From the NCBI GenBank assembly GCA_965217095.1, contig OZ244235.1, forward strand, positions 3,673,931 to 3,737,930: 64,000 bases of DNA. The letters run 5' to 3'. Made by a program: the position numbers and the translations under genes. The notes below the pieces were generated by a model, which worked only from the letters and a program-made list of their open reading frames with translations, ran no database searches and was not told the origin of the DNA. The DNA is from Candidatus Latescibacterota bacterium. Its GTDB lineage: Bacteria > Latescibacterota > UBA2968 > UBA8231. Below, one piece after another: positions 37,663 through 46,658 of the stretch; position 1 is the stretch's first letter; each line of letters starts with the position of its first letter.

Positions 37663-38994
37663 ATGGAAACTTCGCAGATTACGCTGTCGTTTGCAAACAT
37701 CTCGGGCAAGATGATCGAAGCTGATTTTGACGGTGGCACGACCACCAGCGATGGGGGCGCCCTGCTTCTGCGACAGGCGGAAGCCCGCACCGGGATCGTC
37801 GACCGAATCGTGGCGGCGATGTCGGATCGGCGACATCAAAGCTATATCGACCATACGTATACTGACCTCATCCGGCAGCGCGTATTCCAGATCGCCTGTG
37901 GGTACGAGGACGCCAATGACAGTGACGACCTGCGTTGCGATCCGGGTCTGAAAACCGCGTGCGACCGTCTGCCCCTGACAGGAGACGATTTGGCCAGTCA
38001 ACCGACCATGTCTCGTTTGGAAAACAGTGTCAGCCGCTCGGATCTGTATCGCATCGGGCTCGCGGTGCTGGAAATATTCATTGAGTCTTACGACCAGCCG
38101 CCCAAGAAGCTGACTATAGACATCGACGACACGGACGATCCGACGCACGGCGCACAGCAACTGACGTTGTTCCATGCCTACTATGACGAGTATTGCTATC
38201 TGCCGGTCCATCTCTACGAAGGGGAGTCGGGCAAGTTGATCACGACCCTGCTGCGACCCGGTCGTAGAATGCGAGGCCGAGAGGCGGCAGCCATCCTCAA
38301 ACGCGTGTTGGATCATTTGATCATGGTGTGGCCGAAGACGAAGATCACCTTACGAGGCGACTCGCACTTCAGCACCCCTGAGGTGCACGACCTGTGCGAC
38401 GGATACGGTATTGATTTCATTCTGGGACAGGCGCTCAACAACAAGCTCAAAGCCCTCGGCGAACCGCTGATGGAGCTGACGGCGGCGCTGGCCGAGCAGA
38501 GCGATGAACCGGTGCGGCTTTTTGACCGCTTCGAGTATCAGGCCAAGAGCTGGCCCCGACCGCGCCAGATTATCTACAAGGCCGAGATCACGCAGCGCAA
38601 AGCCAACCCGCGCTTCGTGGTGACCAATATCCGCAACCGCACCCCCGAGTTTCTATATGAGAAGGTCTACTGCGCTCGCGGACGGTCGGAAGGCTTCATC
38701 AAGAATCACAAGACCTACTTGCAGTCCGACCGCACCTCCTGCCACCGATTCTCGGCCAACCAATTTCGCCTCTTCCTGCACAGCGCGGCCTACGTGCTGC
38801 TGCACACAATCCAACAGATTGGCATGCGCGGCACTCAATGGACGACGTCTAACTTTGACACGATCCAACTCCGCGTGCTCAAAGTCGGCGCCCGAGTGCG
38901 GGAGCAAGCCACCAAGGTCCGTTTTCACTTTCCGACATCGTACCCGCTCAAGGATCTGATGCGGACCGTCGTCCTCAACCTCGATACCTCATAA
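37663..38994 (+). CDS. IS1380-family DDE transposase
   Basis: The ATG at 37663 is preceded by AAGAGGA. FDGGTTTSDGGALLLRQAE N-terminal block, IDIDDTDDPTHGAQQ and RGDSHFSTPE acidic blocks, and CARGRSEGFIKNHK are typical of the family. Confidence 0.9.
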   Translation: METSQITLSFANISGKMIEADFDGGTTTSDGGALLLRQAEARTGIVDRIVAAMSDRRHQSYIDHTYTDLIRQRVFQIACGYEDANDSDDLRCDPGLKTACDRLPLTGDDLASQPTMSRLENSVSRSDLYRIGLAVLEIFIESYDQPPKKLTIDIDDTDDPTHGAQQLTLFHAYYDEYCYLPVHLYEGESGKLITTLLRPGRRMRGREAAAILKRVLDHLIMVWPKTKITLRGDSHFSTPEVHDLCDGYGIDFILGQALNNKLKALGEPLMELTAALAEQSDEPVRLFDRFEYQAKSWPRPRQIIYKAEITQRKANPRFVVTNIRNRTPEFLYEKVYCARGRSEGFIKNHKTYLQSDRTSCHRFSANQFRLFLHSAAYVLLHTIQQIGMRGTQWTTSNFDTIQLRVLKVGARVREQATKVRFHFPTSYPLKDLMRTVVLNLDTS

Positions 38995-39183
38995 TGCTTT
39001 GCGATGTCGCCCACCACAGCCACGCACACGCTCCACTAAGGGGCCCGACTGTCCCAATGACATCCAAACGAGGCTCAGATCTCCAGAGACAACACCTCGA
39101 CGACCGACAGCACTCGATCAACCCGCTACCAAAACGTCCAGCCATTGACCAGCGCATCGAATTCGTCCGCTTGGTGCGGATTC

Positions 39184-39197
39184 ATGAATAATTCAGG
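39184..39197. repeat. IS right terminal inverted repeat
   Basis: ATGAATAATTCAGG, the reverse complement of IRL. Confidence 0.85.
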
Positions 39198-39531
39198 TTA
39201 GAACGCCGGAATGTTCAGCACCGCCCGCTCTTCCGGAGTCAGCGCCTTGATCTGCGAACATGTCATCCCCCAGCAATCCCCGCGCGACCTCGACCGGCTT
39301 CGGGTAGCGCAGCGCCAGTTCGTACAGGTGCGGATGCTTGCCCTGGGCGTTGAAGCACATGAGGAGGTTCTTGTTCTGCAGTCCGAATTTGGTGGCGATC
39401 TCCCGTTCCGCCTCGTACACCTCGTCGATGACCACCTTGGTGCGCTCGATCTCGGCAGCCGGCAGCACTTCGGGAATGATGGCGAATCCTTCGTCGGTGA
39501 GTTGCTGCAGGTACTTTTCCAGCTCAGGCAT
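39198..39531 (-). pseudogene. PhyH family dioxygenase, N-terminal ~90 codons only, truncated next to the IS
   Basis: MPELEKYLQQLTDEGFAIIPEVLPAAEIERTKVVIDEVYEAE...HPHLYELALRYPKPVEVARGLLGDD is a typical PhyH N-terminus. The catalytic HxD...H core is absent, and the sequence degenerates ~60 nt before IRR. Confidence 0.7.
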
Positions 39532-39932
39532 GGGCGATGACCTCCTATTCTAATCGCCCGACCCGAAGCGTCGGCCGAGAGGGGTCGCACGGGACGCCTC
39601 GCTCCGATGAGTCCGTGAGCAACGCTTATGCCAACGCAACGCGAAGGCCAAGACAGCGGTGCCGCAGATCGAGTGGGTCTTCATGAAAGTATAGGAAGAA
39701 TAAACACCGTTATCGTTAATAGCGGCAAGGTAGGCGAGTTTGTGGCGGGCGATTTATTGGGTCGTTAGGCGGTCGGCGCCCAAGCGAAGCAGGCATTGCC
39801 GGATACACGTGACGGCACGCACGCCGTCGACTTGCACGGACTCGCGGGTACGGCAATCTTGTTGCCAGCGTTCACGATGCAAGAGAATCGAATGAGTCAG
39901 AAAGTCCACAACCTGTTCGAATAGGCCAAGTC

Positions 39933-40820
39933 ATGGAATCTCGCACGCTCGGAAACACGGACCTGGAAGTTACGCGACTCGCATTCGGCGGCGCGCGGAT
40001 CGGTATCGAAGATGTAACGGAGGAGCAAGTCGATGAGCTCTTGAACGGCTTCCTGGACGCCGGTGCGACTTTACTCGACACGGCGGCATGCTACGGCGAG
40101 TCGGAAGAACTGATCGGGAAATTCGTCAGTGGTCGACGGGATGAATTCGTCCTCGCCTCGAAGTGCGGCCACGTCACAGGAGACGCTACCGGCGAACCGT
40201 GGACGGCGGGTCTCATTCGAGAAAGCATCGACCGCTCACTCGTCCGGATGAAAACGGACCGGATCGACCTGATGCAACTGCACAGTTGTTCCGTCGACGT
40301 CCTGAAGGCAGGCGAGGCGGTAGAAGCCGTTCTCACAGCGAAGAAAGAGGGTAAGGTCCGTTACGTTGGTTACAGCGGTGACGGCGAGGATGCCCTCGAG
40401 GCGATTCGAATGGGCGTCTTCTCGACCCTTCAGACTTCCTATAACCTCGTCGACCAAAAAGCGCGATACGAGGTTCTTCCCGCAGCCATCGAAGCGGGAA
40501 TGGGCGTCATCGCCAAACGACCGATCGCAAACGGCGCCATCGGGAAATCGGCGTCTCCGTACAGCTACGCCGACGCCTATTGGGACCGCTCCAAGCAGAT
40601 CACCCTACCTGACGGCGCGCCGGAAGACGGAATCGAACTGGCGCTGCGCTTCACCCTCTCCAACGACGCAATCGACACCGCCATCGTGGGAACGACCAAG
40701 TTGGAAAACGCCAAAGCGAACATCGAAACGGCATCCGGCGGGCCGCTTCCCGAAGAGGTTGTCGAATCACTTCAGTCCCAGTTCGACGAACTCGGCACCG
40801 ACTGGAATCAGCGGGGATGA
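39933..40820 (+). CDS. aldo/keto reductase
   Basis: MESRTLGNTDLEVTRLAFGGARIG, LLDTAACYGESEELIG, DRIDLMQLHS, VRYVGYSG. Confidence 0.9.
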   Translation: MESRTLGNTDLEVTRLAFGGARIGIEDVTEEQVDELLNGFLDAGATLLDTAACYGESEELIGKFVSGRRDEFVLASKCGHVTGDATGEPWTAGLIRESIDRSLVRMKTDRIDLMQLHSCSVDVLKAGEAVEAVLTAKKEGKVRYVGYSGDGEDALEAIRMGVFSTLQTSYNLVDQKARYEVLPAAIEAGMGVIAKRPIANGAIGKSASPYSYADAYWDRSKQITLPDGAPEDGIELALRFTLSNDAIDTAIVGTTKLENAKANIETASGGPLPEEVVESLQSQFDELGTDWNQRG

Positions 40821-40876
40821 CAACGGGCACGAGCCGACTGCTTCAAATCCGCACATGGCGCATCGCAACCTGATCC

Positions 40877-41572
40877 GTGCAGATCCTACCCGACATCTAC
40901 CTCCTCGACGGTTTCGCCTACGCAAACCACGCGAATTTCGATCTCGTGGTCGGGCCGGAAGGCAACGTCATAGTGGACGCGGGAACGCTCCCCGAAGAAC
41001 TCGAACTTGCCGATGCACGCGCCGAGACCTGGGGCATCTCGCTCGACCAGGTAGGCGGGCTCCTGCTGACGCACAGCCATTACGATCACATCGGGAATGC
41101 CGCCGCGATTCGAGAGAGAGGTGCTACGGTCTTTGCGGGCCCGAGCGACGCGGAGGGCATCGAACTCTCCGACAATCGAACGGTCCCATACGCGGCGGGA
41201 TTCGACCTACCGCCCTGCAAAGTCGATCGCGTGGTCTCGGACGGCGCGACCATCGACATCTGCGGACTGCGTTTCGACGTCATTCACGCGCCCGGTCACA
41301 CGGACGGATGCATCATCTATCAGCTGGAGCACCGCGGAAGAATCGTCTGGTTCGTCGGCGACGTCGTAGTGTCGAAGGACACCGGATTCACTCCGGAGCT
41401 CGGATGGCAGGGAGGCGAGGACTGCGACAAACCGACGTATATTGCGTCGCTCAAAAAACTCGCGGCCATGGAGGTGGACTGCATTCTGGCAGGACACTAC
41501 CAGCCATATCTCGAGCAGGGGAAACGGTTGGTCGGACGGGCGTATGTGAAGGCGCTGTGTGAGTGGCGATGA
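40877..41572 (+). CDS. MBL-fold metallo-hydrolase
   Basis: GTG start. LLLTHSHYDHIGNAAAI contains the HxHxDH motif. Also HAPGHTDG. Confidence 0.85.
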   Translation: MQILPDIYLLDGFAYANHANFDLVVGPEGNVIVDAGTLPEELELADARAETWGISLDQVGGLLLTHSHYDHIGNAAAIRERGATVFAGPSDAEGIELSDNRTVPYAAGFDLPPCKVDRVVSDGATIDICGLRFDVIHAPGHTDGCIIYQLEHRGRIVWFVGDVVVSKDTGFTPELGWQGGEDCDKPTYIASLKKLAAMEVDCILAGHYQPYLEQGKRLVGRAYVKALCEWR

Positions 41573-41814
41573 TGGCGGGAGGGTTGTGCCCAAGGGAGCG
41601 GTCGTCCTAAGGATAGAGAACCTTGTCGGCAACAGCATCGACTCTGGTGGATCCAGCTCTCCATCTCCTGGCGAAGCTTGAGACTATGAAGATGGCATTC
41701 CTGGAGTGCGCTCACGTGGCTTCCCTCATTGCGCGATTGCTCCTAGTTCGTCGGTGATGAGCAGGATGTTCGGTCGCCTTGCCATGCGGTAAACTCCGTT
41801 CTCCTTCTGGCTAG

Positions 41815-42717
41815 CTAGCTTCTAATCGCTTCGTGGCTGATACGGATCGGATCTGTCTGCCGCTCAGCACGATGGCGATACAACAGCTTCACCGCTTCCG
41901 GCAATGCGTCATAGGTGTCCATCGGCACGATCGCGTTGTTTCTGCCGCCGAACTCGAGACCGAGCCACCACGGTGCATAGCGCGCGAGAACAGTCACACG
42001 GTGCCTTGGACTCGGGTTTGCGGCGTTCGAATGCCAGACCCGGCTGTCGATGATGGCCACGCTGCCCGCCGGACCGGAAATTTGGATCTCGCCTGGGATC
42101 GGTTTGTCGATCGGTATGTCGTCGTGCAACTCGACCGGGTTTCTCGGATCGAGGTGGCTGCGCGGATTGCGCGGATCGCGATGGCTGCGCGGCACAATCC
42201 ACGTCCCGCCGCTGTCCGGCCCAAAGGGCGATAGGATCCACAGCGACGTCAGGCTCATCGTGACATCCGGAAACGGCATACGGACGGCGCCAGCCCGTTC
42301 CCGATCGGTCAGGTCGTGGGGGAAGTCGGTATGCCAGGCGCGATAGTCCCTGTTGGTGTCGTTCGGCGAGCGCGTCTTGAATTCAGTCTGTGAGATGCGG
42401 ACGTGCGGGTCCAGCATCGCCTGCGCGATCCCCAGGACCCGCTCATCTGCAAAGTACGAGGCGAGCGTCGGCACGTACGCCACCACACTCCTACCTGGCT
42501 CCCCGTTCGGGCCTTGCTGCTTGGGGAGCGATCCACCCCAGGCCTCGTAGTCCGCGGTCGCCTGCCGGTGACCCGCCTCGACCTCGTCACGAATCACGTC
42601 GACCCTCTCCTCAGGGATGACGCGCTCGACGAGACACCAGCCCTCCATCCTCAAGTGCGACACATAGTCGTCGACGCGCATTTCATCCATTGTTCCCGCA
42701 TGATGGTTTGTCGTCAC
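41815..42717 (-). CDS. PhyH family dioxygenase
   Basis: YVSHLRMEGWCLVERVIPEERVDVIRDEV, AWHTDFPHD, GGTWIVPRSH, VWHSNAANPS. Confidence 0.85.
   Translation of the reverse strand: MTTNHHAGTMDEMRVDDYVSHLRMEGWCLVERVIPEERVDVIRDEVEAGHRQATADYEAWGGSLPKQQGPNGEPGRSVVAYVPTLASYFADERVLGIAQAMLDPHVRISQTEFKTRSPNDTNRDYRAWHTDFPHDLTDRERAGAVRMPFPDVTMSLTSLWILSPFGPDSGGTWIVPRSHRDPRNPRSHLDPRNPVELHDDIPIDKPIPGEIQISGPAGSVAIIDSRVWHSNAANPSPRHRVTVLARYAPWWLGLEFGGRNNAIVPMDTYDALPEAVKLLYRHRAERQTDPIRISHEAIRS
42146..42199. repeat. imperfect in-frame 27-bp tandem duplication inside the PhyH gene
   Basis: ggatcgaggtggctgcgcggattgcgc / ggatcgcgatggctgcgcggcacaatc. These encode PRSHRDPRN-PRSHLDPRN right after the PRSH active-site strand. 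Confidence 0.6.
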
Positions 42718-42946
42718 TTTTATAAGTACGCAGCGGCTGACTACACGTTCGCTTCGGCCAGCTCCACATATACAACCTCGCGCAGCTTCACCTTTGGCAC
42801 CACGACGGTGGTCGGATCTCCGGCGATCTCCAGATCGATCTCACGCAGCGGCAGACGCGCCGACTGATTCTCCGGGTGCGGCGGCGCCACCGAGTCGCCA
42901 TCGCCCGAGACCCGGCTAGCTGCGGCACGCCCGGTCCCCGGCCTCT

Positions 42947-43750
42947 TCAGTATCCCAGTCCCTTCAGATACTCGCGCGTCTGGCCACTTCTCTTCGACTC
43001 GATGATCGGGTCGTCCCCAGGCAGGGGCTCGCCCGGACAGCACGTGACGCAGCGATCGAAGCCCTGTTCTGCCAGCGCCTTCAGAATACCAGGGAAGTCT
43101 ATCTTGTCGCCCCGGCCCACATCGCACCACACCGGCAGGTAGTGGCCGTCCTCCCGCTGCGATGTTGAGGTGTAGTCCTGGAGGTGGATGTAGTTGAGCT
43201 GATCTCGAAAATCGGCGATGGACGCCAGCGGATCGTACCCCCACAGCTGCGAGTGGGCGACGTCGATACAGAGCTTGGCCTTGCGCAGGCAACTCATGTA
43301 CAGTCGCCAGTGTTCAGTGGAATCCACCAGTTTGTTGGTATGGATGTGATAGCTCACCTCCAGACCGTATTGCGAAGCGTAGTCCGCCCAGGACTCGGCG
43401 CCCTCGGCTCCGGCCCTGATGTCGTCATCGCTTACGGGTCGTCCGTCGGGCTTGGGACCGCTCATGAACATGAAACAGTCGGCTTCGACCTCAGCGGCGT
43501 ATTCCATGCTCCGCCGGTTCCTCTCCACGTGCTCCCACTCTGTGCTGTCCGGTGAGCCACTGGCGGTATACACGCACATCGGCATCCCCGCGTTCGCGCA
43601 GATCCGGCGCAGCCTCGCGGGCGAACCGAGCCAGTCGAGAGGCAGGCGGCCCTCCCAGCCATCCCACCCGGACGTCTTGAGCTCTTCCAAGGCGGCTTCG
43701 AGATCCGGCGCACGCCAGCGCAGAGTACTGTAGCACATCGTGAATGCCAT
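42947..43750 (-). CDS. sugar phosphate isomerase/epimerase (xylose-isomerase-like TIM barrel)
   Basis: 267 aa. LEAALEELKTSGWDGWE, YHIHTN, DVAHSQLWGYDP, IHLQDY blocks. Confidence 0.85.
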   Translation of the reverse strand: MAFTMCYSTLRWRAPDLEAALEELKTSGWDGWEGRLPLDWLGSPARLRRICANAGMPMCVYTASGSPDSTEWEHVERNRRSMEYAAEVEADCFMFMSGPKPDGRPVSDDDIRAGAEGAESWADYASQYGLEVSYHIHTNKLVDSTEHWRLYMSCLRKAKLCIDVAHSQLWGYDPLASIADFRDQLNYIHLQDYTSTSQREDGHYLPVWCDVGRGDKIDFPGILKALAEQGFDRCVTCCPGEPLPGDDPIIESKRSGQTREYLKGLGY

Positions 43751-43790
43751 GAACGACCTCCTCTCATCAGAGACGCCGTCGAGGACGAGA

Positions 43791-45236
43791 CTACCCGATC
43801 AGGGCGGAGTAAGCCTCTCGACCCTGGCGGAACAGTTCCTTTACGTCCTCCCGCTGGCGATCGCTGTTGTAGCGACCGTAGCTGTCGATCCAGCCGAGAG
43901 ACTCCTCGATACCTGCCAGAAAGTGACGGGCCGCATCCTCCCGTTCGGCCGGGACGACGCCGCAGTCGACGTAGACCGGGCTGCTGTGGGCGTAGATCGC
44001 GTGATCGAAGCTGTCTCGGGCGTCTCCCCACGCACGAAAGGCGATCCAGCCGTCCCGCTCGACGTGGAGCCGGTGCCGGGCTACGCCCTCACGTCTGCCC
44101 TCGGGCCACTGTTCGGCGTGGACGACGTTACCGTTGTGGATGAGTTCGACACGCTGCACGGGGTAATACGACTTGAACGATGCCTCGATGTCGAGATCGC
44201 CGGCCCCGCCGAGATCGACGGTCTGGCCCATCTCGTGATCGTTCACTCGCAAGTCGAGTGCGGGCCCATTTGTGATGAATGTGTTGCCGTTCTTCATCCC
44301 GGTGATCCAGGCCTCGTAGGAGAAGTCTTCCTTCGTGTTCACATACACACGGTTGTTCGAGCAGATGAACCAGTCAGTCCCGGTCGAGGCGGGAAGGTGG
44401 ATGCCACAATTAAGGAGCTTGTACCAGATCTCGTACTCCGGGTCGGACCAGAATGCATCGAACAGATTGAACGCGTCGAGCTTCCCGAGCGCCGCCGCGA
44501 TGGGGGCCTCCAGGCCCTTGCCGTTGTGGCACCAGATGACGATGCCTCCCTGGTCACGGGCTTCGTCGCAACAGAAGCAGAGCGGGGGGTAGTCGGGGTC
44601 GAACTGGGCAGTGAGAATATGGCCGCGACTGACCGGCTGGACCAGGTTTCGAAGGTTGAGAAACATGACGTGGCCATAGCCCATACCCCATGGCGAACTC
44701 TCACCGTAATGACGGTTCTCCTCCCCGATGTCGAGTACGTGATGCGCCGTCGTGAACTCGTTCATGACCCCGATGGGATACTTGTTACTCGCGTAGGGCA
44801 GCTGCCTCCGGTCCAGGATGCTGACGACGGTGACGTTGTATCCTTCGACACTGCAGTCGATGGCGAGTCGATCGTCCGGACGCGATTCCTTCTCGTCATA
44901 GTGGATGTGGGTGTTGCCGGGGTACCAGTTGGCCGCCTGAGGATGGTACCATCGCGTGAGCGGGATCTCGATGTCCTTGGCACCCTTGGCCGGTACGTCT
45001 ACCGTGACTCGAAAGACCTCGTACTCGGTGCCGCGCTCAACGAGGATGTCCGTGCGTCCGCGCGGGACGTCCACGTCGAACTCCCCGTCGCTGAAGAAAA
45101 AGGGGGTCCCGGTCCCGCGCTTGACGATCGCATCGTTCGGACGGCAAAAAGTCCCTCGCGCAGAAAGAACGTGAACCTTCGCATTGATGAGGCCGCCCGT
45201 GGCGGCGTCGACGATGGTTCCGTGGAGGATGCCCAT
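43791..45236 (-). CDS. PHP-type (CehA/McbA-like) metallohydrolase with an N-terminal carboxypeptidase-regulatory-like domain
   Basis: MGILHGTIVDAATGGLINAKVHV..., then WYPGNTHIHYD (PHP His cluster), WCHNGKG, PASTGTDW. Confidence 0.8.
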   Translation of the reverse strand: MGILHGTIVDAATGGLINAKVHVLSARGTFCRPNDAIVKRGTGTPFFFSDGEFDVDVPRGRTDILVERGTEYEVFRVTVDVPAKGAKDIEIPLTRWYHPQAANWYPGNTHIHYDEKESRPDDRLAIDCSVEGYNVTVVSILDRRQLPYASNKYPIGVMNEFTTAHHVLDIGEENRHYGESSPWGMGYGHVMFLNLRNLVQPVSRGHILTAQFDPDYPPLCFCCDEARDQGGIVIWCHNGKGLEAPIAAALGKLDAFNLFDAFWSDPEYEIWYKLLNCGIHLPASTGTDWFICSNNRVYVNTKEDFSYEAWITGMKNGNTFITNGPALDLRVNDHEMGQTVDLGGAGDLDIEASFKSYYPVQRVELIHNGNVVHAEQWPEGRREGVARHRLHVERDGWIAFRAWGDARDSFDHAIYAHSSPVYVDCGVVPAEREDAARHFLAGIEESLGWIDSYGRYNSDRQREDVKELFRQGREAYSALIG

Positions 45237-45540
45237 AACATGTCCTCTTCAGAGAGTTGCCAGTCTGGACCACCAGTGAACGTCCGCCAAAATACGAACC
45301 GAAGGAACATCCCACCAGACACAGGTGTCCGGAGCAAGATCTCGTTGTCGATCTGGGATTTGACAACCATTGGATAGGACCGATCCGGGGTATCACCGCT
45401 CCCCGGGCCGGCATGATCGTCACCGCCGAAAAAAGCAGAGGCGGGCGCGCCAATTCGTGCAGGAAACAATGGATCAGTGCGACCTCGTCGTCATCTGCAC
45501 CGGACTGGACTAATGCTTACCCCCTAAGTATATTCAAGGT

Positions 45541-45981
45541 GTGAATCTTCCCGACGACATCAAAAAGCAGTTCGAACGCTGCGGCCGGCAGGGTGGCTTG
45601 GAGCGCGCCCATCGCATGACCCCTTCCGCTATGAAGGCGGTGGCACGTCGAGCGGCGACCGCCCGGTGGACGCGCGTGCGTTTTGGCGCCACCAATTTCG
45701 CCACGCTAGGACTTCCGGGCGGCGAGATCGTCGATGCCGGACTGGCCGATCTGGCGGCGGGCGCGCTGACGGTGGAAAGCCTGCTGGTGTCGTTGGCGGC
45801 ACCCCGACTGCGCCGGGAGGGTGTGCCATTGGGCGAAGTACACCGGGATCCCGAGGATCGTCTCTACGCGCTTCTCAGCGAATCGGCTGGTGAGCTGGCT
45901 CACGCGCGGTACACTGCTTGTCTGCGCCAGATCTCCTCCTTTGCAGACGCCTGTAGATTCGCTCGCCGGAGAAGCGGCTGA
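45541..45981 (+). CDS. hypothetical protein, first gene of a two-gene cassette
   Basis: GTG start. 146 aa. Basic N-terminal block GRQGGLERAHRMTPSAMKAVARRAATARW. The stop lies 2 nt before the next start. Confidence 0.6.
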   Translation: MNLPDDIKKQFERCGRQGGLERAHRMTPSAMKAVARRAATARWTRVRFGATNFATLGLPGGEIVDAGLADLAAGALTVESLLVSLAAPRLRREGVPLGEVHRDPEDRLYALLSESAGELAHARYTACLRQISSFADACRFARRRSG

Positions 45982-45983
45982 CC

Positions 45984-46541
45984 TTGCGAACGAGCCTGGA
46001 CCAGGATCGACTGCGGGCGCTGATGCGGGAATTGGCGCGTTCTGCTCGCGGCCCGGAGTCGTATCGGGTCTTTCTCGTCGGTGGAGGCACCGCGGTTCTA
46101 GAGGGCTGGCGAACGTCGACGATCGATGCCGACCTGCACAGCGACCAGGATGAGGTCTTTCGCGATATCCAGCAAATCAAAGAACGCCTTCAGTTGAACG
46201 TTGAATTCGCGCGGCCGGAGGATTTCGTGCCGCCCCTTGTCGGCAGCGATCAGCGGCACGTGTTCATAGAGACCCACGGCAACGTGAGCTTCTACCACTA
46301 CGATCCATATGCCCAGATGCTCTCCAAGGTGGTCCGGGGGTTTGCCCGAGATATCCAGGATGCCGAGAGCTTCCTGGCCAGCGGCATGGTAGATGTGGAC
46401 CGCTTCCGGTCCCTGGTGCGCGAGATACCCGAGGCGTCGTTCGCTCGATATCCCTCGCTCACGCGGGAAGCGGTGCACCAAGCTGTCGATCACCTTCTGT
46501 CACAGCGCCAATCAGATGCGAATGGGGAAAGCGGTGTGTGA
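45984..46541 (+). CDS. minimal nucleotidyltransferase-fold protein
   Basis: FLVGGGTAVLEGWRTSTIDADL fits the hG[GS]-x(9-13)-D-h-[DE] nucleotidyltransferase signature. 185 aa. The start is TTG at 45984 or ATG at 46023. Confidence 0.7.
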   Translation: MRTSLDQDRLRALMRELARSARGPESYRVFLVGGGTAVLEGWRTSTIDADLHSDQDEVFRDIQQIKERLQLNVEFARPEDFVPPLVGSDQRHVFIETHGNVSFYHYDPYAQMLSKVVRGFARDIQDAESFLASGMVDVDRFRSLVREIPEASFARYPSLTREAVHQAVDHLLSQRQSDANGESGV

Positions 46542-46658
46542 CAATACCAGACCGTGAGCGCCGAGCCGGGTCGGAAACGGGCGCCTCGCTCCGCGAAAAG
46601 GCGCGCTCTACACCGTCAAAGCCCTCTGCGAGCGCAAAGATGACCTCACGAACGCGTT

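Larger units (their letters stand above)
37560..39197 (+). mobile_element. IS1380-family insertion sequence, apparently intact (1638 bp)
   Basis: 14-bp perfect terminal inverted repeats CCTGAATTATTCAT (37560-37573 and the reverse complement at 39184-39197) enclose a single DDE transposase ORF. No clean target-site duplication (flanks TCTAG vs TTAGA). Confidence 0.85.

Noticed and set aside
37555-39202. The five bases outside each IS inverted repeat (TCTAG left, TTAGA right) as a target-site duplication or IR extension.
   Set aside because: They are not a direct repeat. As an inverted extension they match only 4 of 5. IS1380-type ends normally begin with CC, so the boundaries were set at 37560 and 39197.
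39198-39590. 130-aa minus-strand ORF overlapping the truncated PhyH gene. Its last 22 codons (MTCSQIKALTPEERAVLNIPAF*) look protein-like.
   Set aside because: Most of the ORF is Arg/Ser/Cys-rich shadow of the PhyH frame. The short tail cannot be assigned to any family, so it is treated as part of the scrambled junction next to the IS.
43740-45377. 545-aa plus-strand ORF, together with similar long antisense ORFs at 1146-2285, 14370-15287, 23964-24833, 26944-28158, 28808-29752, 33459-34478, 40366-41562, 46965-47756, 49696-50676, 53907-54833 and 57020-57730.
   Set aside because: These are shadow ORFs typical of GC-rich DNA. Their translations are Arg/Gly/Val/Asp-rich with no motifs, while the opposite-strand or alternative-frame ORFs carry clear family signatures.
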